From the NCBI GenBank assembly GCA_037447435.1, contig JBBIGR010000031.1:1-61709 (forward strand): a stretch of 61,709 bases of DNA, written 5' to 3'. Shown piece by piece: positions 19,270-28,775 of the stretch. The number at the start of each line of letters is the position of its first letter. The stretch's first letter is position 1. This DNA comes from Fibrobacteria bacterium. GTDB lineage: Bacteria > Fibrobacterota > Chitinivibrionia > Chitinivibrionales > FEN-1185. The notes below the pieces were generated by a model, which had not been told where the DNA came from, ran no database searches, and saw only the letters and a list, made by a program, of their open reading frames with translations. The position numbers and the translations under genes were made by a program.

Positions 19270-21672
19270 ATGGAATCAATTAAAGAGTCGTATTACCGGT
19301 ATCTCCGATATTTTTTGGCAAAAGACGACACCACGGCGACCCATTACGATAAATATATGGCTTTGGCCTATGCCGTTCGCAGCGAAATGGTCGATCGTTG
19401 GATAGCGACCCAGCGGCAATATCATGAGAAAAAACTCAGACGGGTTTATTTCCTGTCTATGGAATACATCTTCGGGCGAAGCTTGCATCAAAATATCGTG
19501 AGCATGGACATAGAAAAACATGTCGCATCCATGGCGCACGACACCAAGATTTCGCTTGATGAAATTTACGAACAGGAAGAGTCGTTCGATTTGGGAAACG
19601 GCGGCAAAGCGCGATTGGCTGCTTGTTTACAGGGTGCGATGGCTGCCGCGGCAATTCCGGCCATGGCCTACGGCCTCCGGTATGATTACGGTTTGTTTCA
19701 TCAGGAAATCGAGCAGGGCGGGCAAATCGAAAAGCCCTACGATTGGATGCATAAGGGGCATCCATGGGAAATAATTCGTCCGGAATATAGTTGTGAAGTC
19801 AGTTATTACGGCCGAACGGAATTAAATGTGTCGAAAGAAAACCCACACTGTGCAAATTGGCTTGATACCGAACAGGTTGTTGCGGTTCCATACGATTTTC
19901 CAATACCCGGATATAAGAACAAAACAGTCAATACGCTTCGCCTTTGGTGTGCGAGAGCTTCCGAGGAATTTTTGCCCGATTATAATAATCACGGCGATTA
20001 TCTTCGTGCATGTGAAGACAAAGCGAAATCGGGAACCATCACAAGACTTTTATTTCCTGAAGAAGATGTCTTGCGCGCGACCGAACTTCGTCTTAAACAG
20101 CAATTTTTTCTCATAAGCGCCTCATTAAGCGACATAATGCGACGATACAAACAGAACGGCTGTCCATTGCGCGAATTGCATGAAAAGATCGTCATTCAAC
20201 TCAGCGGGAGCAATTGCGCCATCGCCATTCCGGAGATGATGCGCATACTTGTCGATAAAGAAAAAATGGGTTGGGACGAAGCCTGGAGCATTACTTCGAA
20301 AGTATTTTCCTATACAAGTCACTCGGTTTCTCGAGAAGGACTTGAAACATGGCCGGTTTATCTGATGAATGAAGTTTTGCCGCGGCACATGGAAATTATT
20401 TATGAAATCAATCAAAACAACCTCGATAAAGTCCGCGGTTCGCATGGAAATGATACGGATTTGATTCGTGATTTGTCGGTTATTCAGGAAGGCGAGGTCA
20501 AACGGGTAAAACTCGGCCATTTGGCCATGATAGGCTCGAAAATCGTCAACGGCGTTTCCGAGGCGCAAACAAAAATCCTTAAAACGACCGTCTTCCCCGA
20601 ATTTGCAAAAGTTGCTCCGGACATGTTTATTGCGAAAACAAACGGAGTGTCGCATCGACGCTGGTTGCTTTCTGCAAATAGACCTCTTGCGGACCTTATT
20701 TCATCGGTCATAGGTGAGAAGTGGGTCGGCGATCCCCAAATGCTGATGAATTTGGAGCCTCTTGCCGATACCGTCTCTTTACAGAAAAAAGTAATTGAGA
20801 TTCGGAATGCGGCCAAAAGGAATTTAGCGGAAACCATTCGTAAAAACGTCGGTATCGAAGTTGATCCGCTTGCGATGTTCGACGTGCAATGCAAGAAAAT
20901 CCATCAGTACAAGCGACAGGTATTGCATGTGTTCATGCTTTTGGCTCGATATCTGCGTTTAAAAAACGGTGAAAAACTTACCGCAAGCCGCGTGCATATT
21001 TTTGCCGGCAAAGCGGCTCCTGCCGACCAATTGGCAAAGCAAATCATCAGGCTTATTCACGTCGCTGCTTCAATTGTCAACAATGATCCCGATACGAAGG
21101 GAATCATGAAAGTCGTGTTTCTACCGGATTACGGCGTCAGCCTTGCGGAAAAAATCATTCCGGCAACGGATTTGTCGGAACAAATTGCAACGCCCGGCCA
21201 GGAGGCCAGCGGCACGGGAAACGCTAAATTTGCAATAAACGGTGCGCTTCTTATGGCAAGCAGGAGCGGATCAAATGTCGAAATTATCGAACATGTGGGA
21301 TCTGAAAACAGTTTTGTTTTTGGAAGTCACGCCGATTCATTGCCCGCTTTCTCGCAATATCAGCCTTATGATTTGATACAATCGCAACCGGTGTTGGCCT
21401 CAATTTTTAAATTGCTCGAAGCGCATAGCGATCAGCCGGGGCAATTCAACCATTCCATTCGCCCGCTCCTTGCGACGCTCATGGACACCGACCGCTATTT
21501 TGTGCTGCTTGATTTCAACGATTATATGAAAAAGCAAGATGAAGCCGATCGTTTATTTGCCGATAAAACGCAATGGTTTAAAAGAGGACTTGTTAATATT
21601 GCCCGCTGCGGCTATTTTTCAATAGATCGTACCATTTCGGAATACGCACACGATATCTGGAATATACCATGA
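19270..21672 (+). CDS. glgP: Glycogen/starch/alpha-glucan phosphorylase family protein (GT35) with a divergent active site
   Basis: YFLSMEY, LGNGG, YGLRYDYGLFHQ, NTLRLW, ELRLKQQFF, TNGVSHRRWL, FAGKAAP, SEQIA..GQEASGTGNAK (PLP Lys), FSIDRTISEYA. Confidence 0.88.
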   Translation: MESIKESYYRYLRYFLAKDDTTATHYDKYMALAYAVRSEMVDRWIATQRQYHEKKLRRVYFLSMEYIFGRSLHQNIVSMDIEKHVASMAHDTKISLDEIYEQEESFDLGNGGKARLAACLQGAMAAAAIPAMAYGLRYDYGLFHQEIEQGGQIEKPYDWMHKGHPWEIIRPEYSCEVSYYGRTELNVSKENPHCANWLDTEQVVAVPYDFPIPGYKNKTVNTLRLWCARASEEFLPDYNNHGDYLRACEDKAKSGTITRLLFPEEDVLRATELRLKQQFFLISASLSDIMRRYKQNGCPLRELHEKIVIQLSGSNCAIAIPEMMRILVDKEKMGWDEAWSITSKVFSYTSHSVSREGLETWPVYLMNEVLPRHMEIIYEINQNNLDKVRGSHGNDTDLIRDLSVIQEGEVKRVKLGHLAMIGSKIVNGVSEAQTKILKTTVFPEFAKVAPDMFIAKTNGVSHRRWLLSANRPLADLISSVIGEKWVGDPQMLMNLEPLADTVSLQKKVIEIRNAAKRNLAETIRKNVGIEVDPLAMFDVQCKKIHQYKRQVLHVFMLLARYLRLKNGEKLTASRVHIFAGKAAPADQLAKQIIRLIHVAASIVNNDPDTKGIMKVVFLPDYGVSLAEKIIPATDLSEQIATPGQEASGTGNAKFAINGALLMASRSGSNVEIIEHVGSENSFVFGSHADSLPAFSQYQPYDLIQSQPVLASIFKLLEAHSDQPGQFNHSIRPLLATLMDTDRYFVLLDFNDYMKKQDEADRLFADKTQWFKRGLVNIARCGYFSIDRTISEYAHDIWNIP

Positions 21673-23414
21673 AAAAAGAGGAAAAACTCCTTGGAATAAC
21701 AGTTGTTCCCGGCAAGGGTTTGGGAACGGCTTATTTCGTGGGGCGCGGCATGGAACAACCATCAAAAGTGTCCATTTCCCGCCAGGATGTCGGCGATCAA
21801 ATAATGCGGTTCAACGAAATCAGGGAAAAGGCGAAAACCGATTATAACGAAATGGTTCGTAATGCCGATTCTTCACTGACTCCGAGTATTCTCCAAATTT
21901 ACGAACATATTCTGGACGATCCGTCATTTATAGGTCAAGTTGTCGAATCCATTTCCACCAAGCTTTACGATCTTGAAACTTCCATACGTTTAGTGCTAAA
22001 TGATCTTGTCAAACGATTCAATGCCGCCGGAACTCCGTATTTGAAGGAACGCAGCGGCGATATCGTCGAAGTCTGCGAAAAATTAATCTCCTATTTATAC
22101 CAGGACGACGGCCGGGCTAAAGCCTTTATCGAACCGGTGGTTTTGGTAGTGCTCCGCACGTTTACGCCGTCGGATATTTTGTCCTACGATAAATCGATGA
22201 TACGGGCCGTGGTCAGCGCAAGCGGCGGTAAAACTTCTCATGCGGCAATTATTGCGCGTGCCTATTCGATTCCCGTGGTATCGGGAATAAAAAATATCGA
22301 CAAATTCATCTATCCCGGCGATCAGCTCTATGTCGATGCGGACAAAGGAATCGTGCATGTGCGGCCATCGGCCGCAATGGTTGCCAAGGTGCCCAAGCAA
22401 CGGCTCTGGCAGGAAGAATTCGAAAAATTACAAAATAAATGGCAACGACCTGTTTATACTCGCGACGGTATTCATATAGAAGTGCTGGCGAACGTATCGC
22501 TTCCCGAAGACGTTGAAGAAGCCAATAAGTACGGGGCCGACGGCATCGGATTGGTTCGAACCGAATATTTGCTTTCCAATAGAAAAAGCTTTCCCGACGA
22601 ACAGGCGCAGCTTTCTTATTACGAAAAAATATTCGAAGGAATGGACACCAAGCATTGCGTCATTCGCGTTATGGACATCGGGGGAGACAAAATACCGGAA
22701 TTTTTCGACATGCCGGCCGAATACAATCCCTTTATGGGCTGGCGAGCAGTGCGAATTCTTCTTGAACGCCGGGACTTGTTCGAAGAACAGCTTTCAGCGA
22801 TCATGAAAGCGGGAAAAAAGAGAAATTACTCCATCATGCTTCCCATGGTGACCACGTTGCAGGAATGGCAGGAGTCCAAGAAAATCATCGTATCGGTTGC
22901 TGAAAAACTCGGTATCAAAATTCCGCATTGCGGAGTTCTTTTTGAGGTGCCTTTGGCAATTCTCGAAATGAATACCTTCATGAAAGAAATCGATTTCGCA
23001 TCGATCGGTACCAACGATCTTATTCAATATCTCAGCGCGGCCGATAGAAATAATTCAAAAGTAAACTATTTATACAATCCGATAGAGCTGGCATTTTTGC
23101 GTATTATAAAAAATGCAATCAACGTTTCCCGGGACAACGGAAAACCGCTTTCCATTTGCGGTGAAATGGCGGGAAATGCTTTTCATACGATATTGCTCGT
23201 CGGGCTCGGTCTTCAGCGTTTCAGCATGATCCCTCGCAATATTCCTATTATTAAAGAACTTATTTCCCGCATCAGTTTCGCCGAAGCGGCCGAAAGCGTT
23301 TCGCACATCGATTCCTTCGATACGACGGAAGAGCTTTCACGCTGGCTCAAGAATCTTAACAAACGCATGCTCGGCGATTTCTTCGAGAAGCTTCCGATGA
23401 CGATGGAAGTGTAA
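21669..23414 (+). CDS. ptsI: PTS enzyme I (phosphoenolpyruvate-protein phosphotransferase)
   Basis: GGKTSHAAIIAR (phospho-His), GIGLVRTE, DIGGDK, NPFMGWRAVR, SIGTNDLIQY, SICGEMAG; ATGA overlap with the glgP stop. Confidence 0.93.
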   Translation: MKKEEKLLGITVVPGKGLGTAYFVGRGMEQPSKVSISRQDVGDQIMRFNEIREKAKTDYNEMVRNADSSLTPSILQIYEHILDDPSFIGQVVESISTKLYDLETSIRLVLNDLVKRFNAAGTPYLKERSGDIVEVCEKLISYLYQDDGRAKAFIEPVVLVVLRTFTPSDILSYDKSMIRAVVSASGGKTSHAAIIARAYSIPVVSGIKNIDKFIYPGDQLYVDADKGIVHVRPSAAMVAKVPKQRLWQEEFEKLQNKWQRPVYTRDGIHIEVLANVSLPEDVEEANKYGADGIGLVRTEYLLSNRKSFPDEQAQLSYYEKIFEGMDTKHCVIRVMDIGGDKIPEFFDMPAEYNPFMGWRAVRILLERRDLFEEQLSAIMKAGKKRNYSIMLPMVTTLQEWQESKKIIVSVAEKLGIKIPHCGVLFEVPLAILEMNTFMKEIDFASIGTNDLIQYLSAADRNNSKVNYLYNPIELAFLRIIKNAINVSRDNGKPLSICGEMAGNAFHTILLVGLGLQRFSMIPRNIPIIKELISRISFAEAAESVSHIDSFDTTEELSRWLKNLNKRMLGDFFEKLPMTMEV

Positions 23415-23443
23415 TCGGGAATACTCGCCTTGGCAATTTAAAA

Positions 23444-24265
23444 TCAGAATCTGGGTTGTACCATTTCCGCTTCGACGCTGATTTTGACCAATTCATCTAT
23501 GTTTTTTTCGAAAACATCGACGATGTCGGGGTCAAAATGGTTTCCTTTTTCCTTTTTTATGATACTTGCGGCATGGTCGGTGGAAAACGGATCCTTGTAG
23601 GACCTTTTCGAGGTAAGCACATCAAACGTATCGGCCAATGCGACAATCCTTCCGGCCAAAGGAATTTTATCCTCCTTGAGTCCGTACGGATAGCCCGAAC
23701 CGTTCCATTTTTCATGATGGGAGAGTGCTATTTGACGAGCGATAATAAGGATTTGCGATTTGGCGTTATCGAGGATTTCGGCACCGATTATCGTATGACG
23801 TTTCATGATCGCAAATTCATCATGTGTCAATTTGTTCGGCGAAGTGATGATGCTGTCGGGTATTCCGATTTTACCGACATCGTGCATCGGTGCGGCATAT
23901 AAGATATTAAGTACTTCCCGTTCGGGAAACCCCAACTTTTGGGCCAAAAGCGCGCTGTACCGGCTCATTCGCATGATATGCTGGCCGGTATACTGGTCTT
24001 TGTATTCGACGGCAAGGACCAACCGTTGGATCGTATCGTAATACGCTTCCTGCAATTCGTTGTTTACCGATTTTAAAATGGAAACGGTTTTCCTAAGGTC
24101 CGAGGCGTATTTTTTCAGTTGCTTGTTGGCGTTCGAAAGTTCCGTCTTTTGCGCTTTGGCTTCTTTAAAAAGCACGGAAAAATCCTGCGCGTACTTGATC
24201 GATTGCGAATTAGCAAGTGTCAACTCTTTCTCGAGGACTTTGGACCTTTTTGATCTTAAAAGCAT
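23444..24265 (-). CDS. HD-GYP phosphodiesterase (RpfG-like output domain with N-terminal coiled coil, no REC)
   Basis: EYKDQYTGQHIMRM, PMHDVGKIGIPD, HHEKWNGSGYPYGL, ADTFDVLTSKRSYK. Confidence 0.92.
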   Translation of the reverse strand: MLLRSKRSKVLEKELTLANSQSIKYAQDFSVLFKEAKAQKTELSNANKQLKKYASDLRKTVSILKSVNNELQEAYYDTIQRLVLAVEYKDQYTGQHIMRMSRYSALLAQKLGFPEREVLNILYAAPMHDVGKIGIPDSIITSPNKLTHDEFAIMKRHTIIGAEILDNAKSQILIIARQIALSHHEKWNGSGYPYGLKEDKIPLAGRIVALADTFDVLTSKRSYKDPFSTDHAASIIKKEKGNHFDPDIVDVFEKNIDELVKISVEAEMVQPRF

Positions 24266-24320
24266 GGAAATAGGGGTCCTTTTACATAAAAGAAATTGAA
24301 AAAATGCTTGCGAATCGCGA

Positions 24321-24704
24321 CTAAGCGGTTTGGTTTCTGCTCAGCATAATATCCTCGACTCTTTGCAGCAAATCCAACGGACTGAAAGGCTTTATGAAAT
24401 AGCATGTCGCACCGGCCTTGATGGCGTTACGTTGCATTTCCTTATCGAGGGTGCCGGTTAACATGATAATGTCGCAATGTCTGGTCAACGGATTGCTTTT
24501 TATTATTTTTGTCGCTTCAATCCCGTTAATATTTCCCGGCAGCATGACATCCATGATTATGAAATCGGGTTTTTCCACGGTCGCGACCGCAATGGCTTTT
24601 ACCGCATCGCCGGCTTCGAGAATTTTATATTCCGATGCGTCAAGTGTCGCGATCACGAGGTCCCGAATGTCTTTACTATCGTCGACAATAAGAATTTTTT
24701 TCAT
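24321..24704 (-). CDS. Single-domain response regulator
   Basis: ILIVDD, IIMDVMLPG, IMLT, FIKPFSP. Confidence 0.93.
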   Translation of the reverse strand: MKKILIVDDSKDIRDLVIATLDASEYKILEAGDAVKAIAVATVEKPDFIIMDVMLPGNINGIEATKIIKSNPLTRHCDIIMLTGTLDKEMQRNAIKAGATCYFIKPFSPLDLLQRVEDIMLSRNQTA

Positions 24705-24754
24705 GTGGTGGATTCCGTTAAAGCTGAAACTTCTTAATTCATTTTTTCACATTG

Positions 24755-24783
24755 ATTGTAATATCGGGGGCACAAGTTGTCAA
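24755..24783 (-). promoter_or_regulatory. Putative sigma70 promoter for the REC/HD-GYP pair
   Basis: Minus strand TTGACA-N17-TACAAT. Confidence 0.7.
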
Positions 24784-24951
24784 TACCCCGCAAACAATTT
24801 AAACTTTATTTTTCGAACCGGATAAAAATCCACACCAAAAAAAAAGAGAATGGCATCATGGAAATTTTTACCATCATGATGGAAGTACCTGCCCCAACGG
24901 CAAATCATAATTACCGCTTTTTAGTGAATTAAATAAATTACATTACATTTG

Positions 24952-24976
24952 TAACAAGTTGATTATCAATAGCTTA
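24952..24976. promoter_or_regulatory. Two back-to-back IHF consensus sites
   Basis: Plus strand TATCAATAGCTTA (24964-24976) and minus strand AATCAACTTGTTA (24952-24964) both match WATCAANNNNTTR. Confidence 0.6.
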
Positions 24977-25005
24977 TTAAAAAGTCACATGCGTTTCGGT
25001 TCCCA

Positions 25006-25021
25006 TGGCACAAACATTGCT
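25006..25021 (+). promoter_or_regulatory. Sigma54 (RpoN) -24/-12 promoter of the flagellar hook operon
   Basis: TGGCAC-AAACA-TTGCT, a perfect GG-N10-GC consensus about 50 nt before the first gene. Confidence 0.82.
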
Positions 25022-25068
25022 CACCAATTGGTAGGGCAAACTCCATCCTTATTCGATTTGAAGGGATT

Positions 25069-25680
25069 TTGTTTATGAAGTTGACCCTTAGAGACATAAT
25101 AATTATCGCGCTGACAACGACCTTATCGTTCCCGATAATTTATTTGCTGATACTGTTTGCAACGGGCGGGGCGCGCATTGAAATAAACCAGCCTAAGAAA
25201 ATGGATGAAAAGAAAGAACAACAAATAAAATTGGTTAAGCTATCTGCGAAAAAAGATTCGATCACCGCATCGCAATCCCAGACATTCGTGGCGTTGGAAC
25301 AACAAAAGGCCGATTTAGCCGTTGAACGCGCCGCATTAAATGAAAAGCAACAACAAGTGACCATGGTTCAACAGGAACTCGATAAAACGAGGGCAGACCT
25401 CAAGGCGGAACGGGAAAAATTGGAAAAACTGGTATCTCAGAGCGATGACCTGGACAAAAAGAGAATAAAGCAGCTTGCAAAGGTCTATGGGGCCATGCGT
25501 GCGGATGAAGCCGCGAGGATATTGGAAACGCTGGATGACGATTTATGCATCAATATTTTATCGTCTATGGGTGATGACCGGCAAAAAGCAAAAGTTTTGG
25601 CAGCCCTGTCGCCGGAAAAAGCGTCGAAAGTAAGCAAAAAAATAAGTATGCCGTTAAAAGCTAAAAAAGAACTTAAATAA
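25069..25680 (+). CDS. Flagellar MotE/FlbB-like protein (TM anchor, coiled coil, MgtE_N-like domain)
   Basis: N-terminal TM, coiled coil, LAKVYGAMRADEAARILETL...KVLAALSPEKA; typical position upstream of fliK. Confidence 0.75.
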   Translation: MFMKLTLRDIIIIALTTTLSFPIIYLLILFATGGARIEINQPKKMDEKKEQQIKLVKLSAKKDSITASQSQTFVALEQQKADLAVERAALNEKQQQVTMVQQELDKTRADLKAEREKLEKLVSQSDDLDKKRIKQLAKVYGAMRADEAARILETLDDDLCINILSSMGDDRQKAKVLAALSPEKASKVSKKISMPLKAKKELK

Positions 25681-25703
25681 TACTTTTTTGACAAGGACTG
25701 GAG

Positions 25704-27521
25704 GTGAATAAAATGTCCAATACGATTGTTGTCAACTTGAAAAGCGGCGACATTGTCGCGCATCAGCAGATTGCGATGCAAAATAACGGAACAAAAGCAA
25801 AATCTTCGGCCGTATTTGCCAAGCAATCCGTCGTATCGCCCGACAATGGCGACCAAAAAACGGATGCCGCCGCATCTCAAACGCAAAATCCTGAAGATTC
25901 CGGCGCTTCGAAGTTCCAAAAAATTTATCATGAAATTGCGCAAAGCAATAAAATTGCCCAGCGCAAGAATGGAACTCAAAACGGGACGGAATCCAAGGAT
26001 ACTGCGGACACGCCGTCGAATGAAGGGCCCATCGATGCGGTAACATTGATACAATCCCTGCTTAGTCCCGAAATTCTCAAACAGCTCGGGCTAACTGGTG
26101 GTAAAGATCAAACGTCCGGCTCCGATTCGGTTACAGTAGACGGGTTGGGCCAAACGCCCGCATTGTCGAACTTGGTACCCGCAGGCGATTCACAAGCATC
26201 TGCGGTTGCATTAATTCAAGACGCTCTGGCAGCTATTTCAAAAGCATTAAACATTAAACTGCAACCCGGTTTGGAAGATTTATCTCTTAAGAACCCTTCG
26301 AAAGAGATAGTGGATCAATTTGCGGAAATGATTACTGCTTTGAAAGGGATTGCCGGCGTTTTGGATCAGGCTGTTGCGCAGAACCAGCCGGTAGAATACA
26401 AAAACACGGTTTTTGATGTTCAAACGGCAAAGCAAGTACAGCAAACCATTCATCAACAGATTTTTAAACTTGAAATCGCCTTTAAAATGGTCGGTATTTC
26501 AGGTGATGTAGCACAAGATGTTGCTGCGAAGACCGATACCGTGTTGCAAAATACGAACGCGGGTATCGTCACCGCTGTTGATCCTATGAAACTGTCTATG
26601 CCTGCAATACATACCCAACAGATCGCCGGCGAAGCCATTTCGACAGATGAGAAAAAAGTCGAGACGCTTTTGGCTAAACTGGCCCAATCCATTAAAAAAG
26701 ACGTTGAGCCCGATAAAACCGCACTCATGAATAAAATCGTGAATGCGACAACGGCTGTTGATACGTCCGGTGCCGCCAAGGTTGCCGGAGTGTCGCCGAT
26801 CGACGGGGCTGTTTTAAGGAAGATGCTCAAAATCGACGGTGTAAAAGCCGCTGCCGAACAAAATAAGCAAGCGGCTTTAAACCCGGAAAAAGCCGATCTT
26901 CAAAAGCAAGATGGGACTATTTTGACCAGTAAGACATTGACCGGGCAACTTCAGCAATCGCATGTTACAAACGATACTCAAACGGTTGTTTCGGACGATC
27001 TTCTGAAAATTGCAGGTAATGCGGACCGTACGTTTGTCGCTCAAAGAGTGGCTGTTCCTTCCGCGGGAAAAACCATTGAAGAATCCATCATGCAACAAAT
27101 CAATGAAAAATTGAATGTTGCGGTCAAAACCGGCATTACCGAAATGCGAGTGATGTTGCGACCGGAATCTTTGGGCGAAGTACAGCTCAAAATCCGGGTC
27201 GAAGGTGATGTCGTCATGGGAAAAATGTATGTGGAGAACCAGCAGGTCAAACACATTGTCGAAGCAAATTTACAAACGCTCAAAGACAGCTTGACTCAGC
27301 ATAATTTGCAGGTGGGTTCCTTTGATGTGGATATTAATCACGGCAATGGCGCGCAGCAGGACATGCGCGATTTGGCCAATATGGGTACGCAAAGAAAAAA
27401 TGAAGACGGTGCCGAATCGAATACTGAAAAACCGGATGTTGCCATTAACGCTTCGGGGCTTGTTTCCGGATTGGAAACAGGCAGAAAATTCGGTACTAAC
27501 TCGATAGAATATTTTGCATAA
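25704..27521 (+). CDS. fliK: Flagellar hook-length control protein
   Basis: C-terminal MRVMLRPESLGEVQLKI...VKHIVEANLQTLKDSLTQHNL; directly upstream of flgD. Confidence 0.88.
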   Translation: MNKMSNTIVVNLKSGDIVAHQQIAMQNNGTKAKSSAVFAKQSVVSPDNGDQKTDAAASQTQNPEDSGASKFQKIYHEIAQSNKIAQRKNGTQNGTESKDTADTPSNEGPIDAVTLIQSLLSPEILKQLGLTGGKDQTSGSDSVTVDGLGQTPALSNLVPAGDSQASAVALIQDALAAISKALNIKLQPGLEDLSLKNPSKEIVDQFAEMITALKGIAGVLDQAVAQNQPVEYKNTVFDVQTAKQVQQTIHQQIFKLEIAFKMVGISGDVAQDVAAKTDTVLQNTNAGIVTAVDPMKLSMPAIHTQQIAGEAISTDEKKVETLLAKLAQSIKKDVEPDKTALMNKIVNATTAVDTSGAAKVAGVSPIDGAVLRKMLKIDGVKAAAEQNKQAALNPEKADLQKQDGTILTSKTLTGQLQQSHVTNDTQTVVSDDLLKIAGNADRTFVAQRVAVPSAGKTIEESIMQQINEKLNVAVKTGITEMRVMLRPESLGEVQLKIRVEGDVVMGKMYVENQQVKHIVEANLQTLKDSLTQHNLQVGSFDVDINHGNGAQQDMRDLANMGTQRKNEDGAESNTEKPDVAINASGLVSGLETGRKFGTNSIEYFA

Positions 27522-27537
27522 CGGAGGGAGGTGACAC

Positions 27538-28773
27538 ATGGCTTTATCTACAAATATTGATTCGATTTCAAAAGCGTCAAGCGCTCCGGCAGTGGTGAGT
27601 GCGGGGATCGGTGCCGACGGCAATATTGATGTGACAACATCAAAGGTTACCGGTGGAACGGCGTCGAAAACCGATACGACCACGGCTAAGTCGTCGACTT
27701 TGGGAAAAGACGATTTTCTGAAACTTCTGGTCACACAATTGAAATACCAGGACCCGTTATCGCCGATGGATAATTCCCAGATGATAGCACAGGAGGCGCA
27801 ATTCGAGTCGCTTGCATCGAACAACAATATCCTTGCTGCGGTAAACGCGTTGAATGATTCGTACAAGGCAACGGTTGCCGCCCAAAACAGCAGCGCGCAG
27901 ACCATGAGCAACGCTTCGTCGGTTTCTCTTATTGGGAAACAAGTGCGGCTCAAGGAAACGAATGTCGATTGGGGAATGGTTCCCGGGCAGACGGTGCCCA
28001 TTAACGTTAGTTTGGGCAATAATGCGGGGGCAACGGTGCAAATCCTCGATAGCAATGGAGCTGTTGTAAAAACATTGCAAACTGCGGGGAAGGATTCCAA
28101 CAATTCGGCAGTGGTGGAATGGGACGGTACGAACGATACGAATGGGTACGCACAGGCAGGAACATATAAAGTCAATGTCGTTGGGAGCGATACGGACGAT
28201 AGTTTGTATTCGTTCATTCAATCGACTGTCGACGGAGTACGTTTTGCCAAAGACGGGGTTTTCCTAAAAGTCGCAGGACAGGAAATTCCGGCCGCAAATA
28301 TAATGGATGTTGCGCAAAGCCAAAATTCAAACGGCGGTTTTGCCGACATTGCGAGTTCTTCCGCAGTAGGATTGCTTGGCAAAACAGTAAAATGCCGTCA
28401 ATCGACGGTAAATTACGGTGCAGTTGACGGCGAACACGATGTTTTTAAAGTCAACGGACCAATCAACGGCAATGTCCAGGTGGCCATTACGGATTCTACC
28501 GGAACCACGGTTGCGGCTTTTCAGGAACCCACCGATAGTACGGGCGTAGCGACCATCGATTGGAACGGTCAGAAATATGACGGAACGTTTGCAAGCAAAG
28601 GTACGTACAATATTCTCATTAATGGTCAGGAAAATGATCCGTCGCTGTATGCCTTTACACAGGGGCAGGTCGACGGACTCAGTAATCTTGGCGGTATGGT
28701 ACAGCTTCGGGTCGGCGGGCAGAATGTTTCGTTATCGAATGTGGTCGATATATCCACAAATTCGGGATCTTAG
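27538..28773 (+). CDS. flgD: Flagellar hook capping protein with duplicated C-terminal Tudor/Ig module
   Basis: LGKDDFLKLLVTQLKYQDPLSPMDNSQMIAQEAQF; two copies of (S/G)L(I/L)GK...W(D/N)G...GTY...VDG. Confidence 0.93.
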   Translation: MALSTNIDSISKASSAPAVVSAGIGADGNIDVTTSKVTGGTASKTDTTTAKSSTLGKDDFLKLLVTQLKYQDPLSPMDNSQMIAQEAQFESLASNNNILAAVNALNDSYKATVAAQNSSAQTMSNASSVSLIGKQVRLKETNVDWGMVPGQTVPINVSLGNNAGATVQILDSNGAVVKTLQTAGKDSNNSAVVEWDGTNDTNGYAQAGTYKVNVVGSDTDDSLYSFIQSTVDGVRFAKDGVFLKVAGQEIPAANIMDVAQSQNSNGGFADIASSSAVGLLGKTVKCRQSTVNYGAVDGEHDVFKVNGPINGNVQVAITDSTGTTVAAFQEPTDSTGVATIDWNGQKYDGTFASKGTYNILINGQENDPSLYAFTQGQVDGLSNLGGMVQLRVGGQNVSLSNVVDISTNSGS

Positions 28774-28775
28774 GT

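Noticed and set aside
25030..25068. c-di-GMP-I riboswitch suggested by GGGCAAAC
   Set aside because: No GAAA tetraloop stem or downstream GCAAA/P3 elements, and the leader is too short.
27270..28217. 315-aa minus-strand ORF and the many other antisense ORFs in the track
   Set aside because: They lie opposite well-supported genes (fliK/flgD and others) and show no recognisable motifs; typical antisense shadow ORFs.
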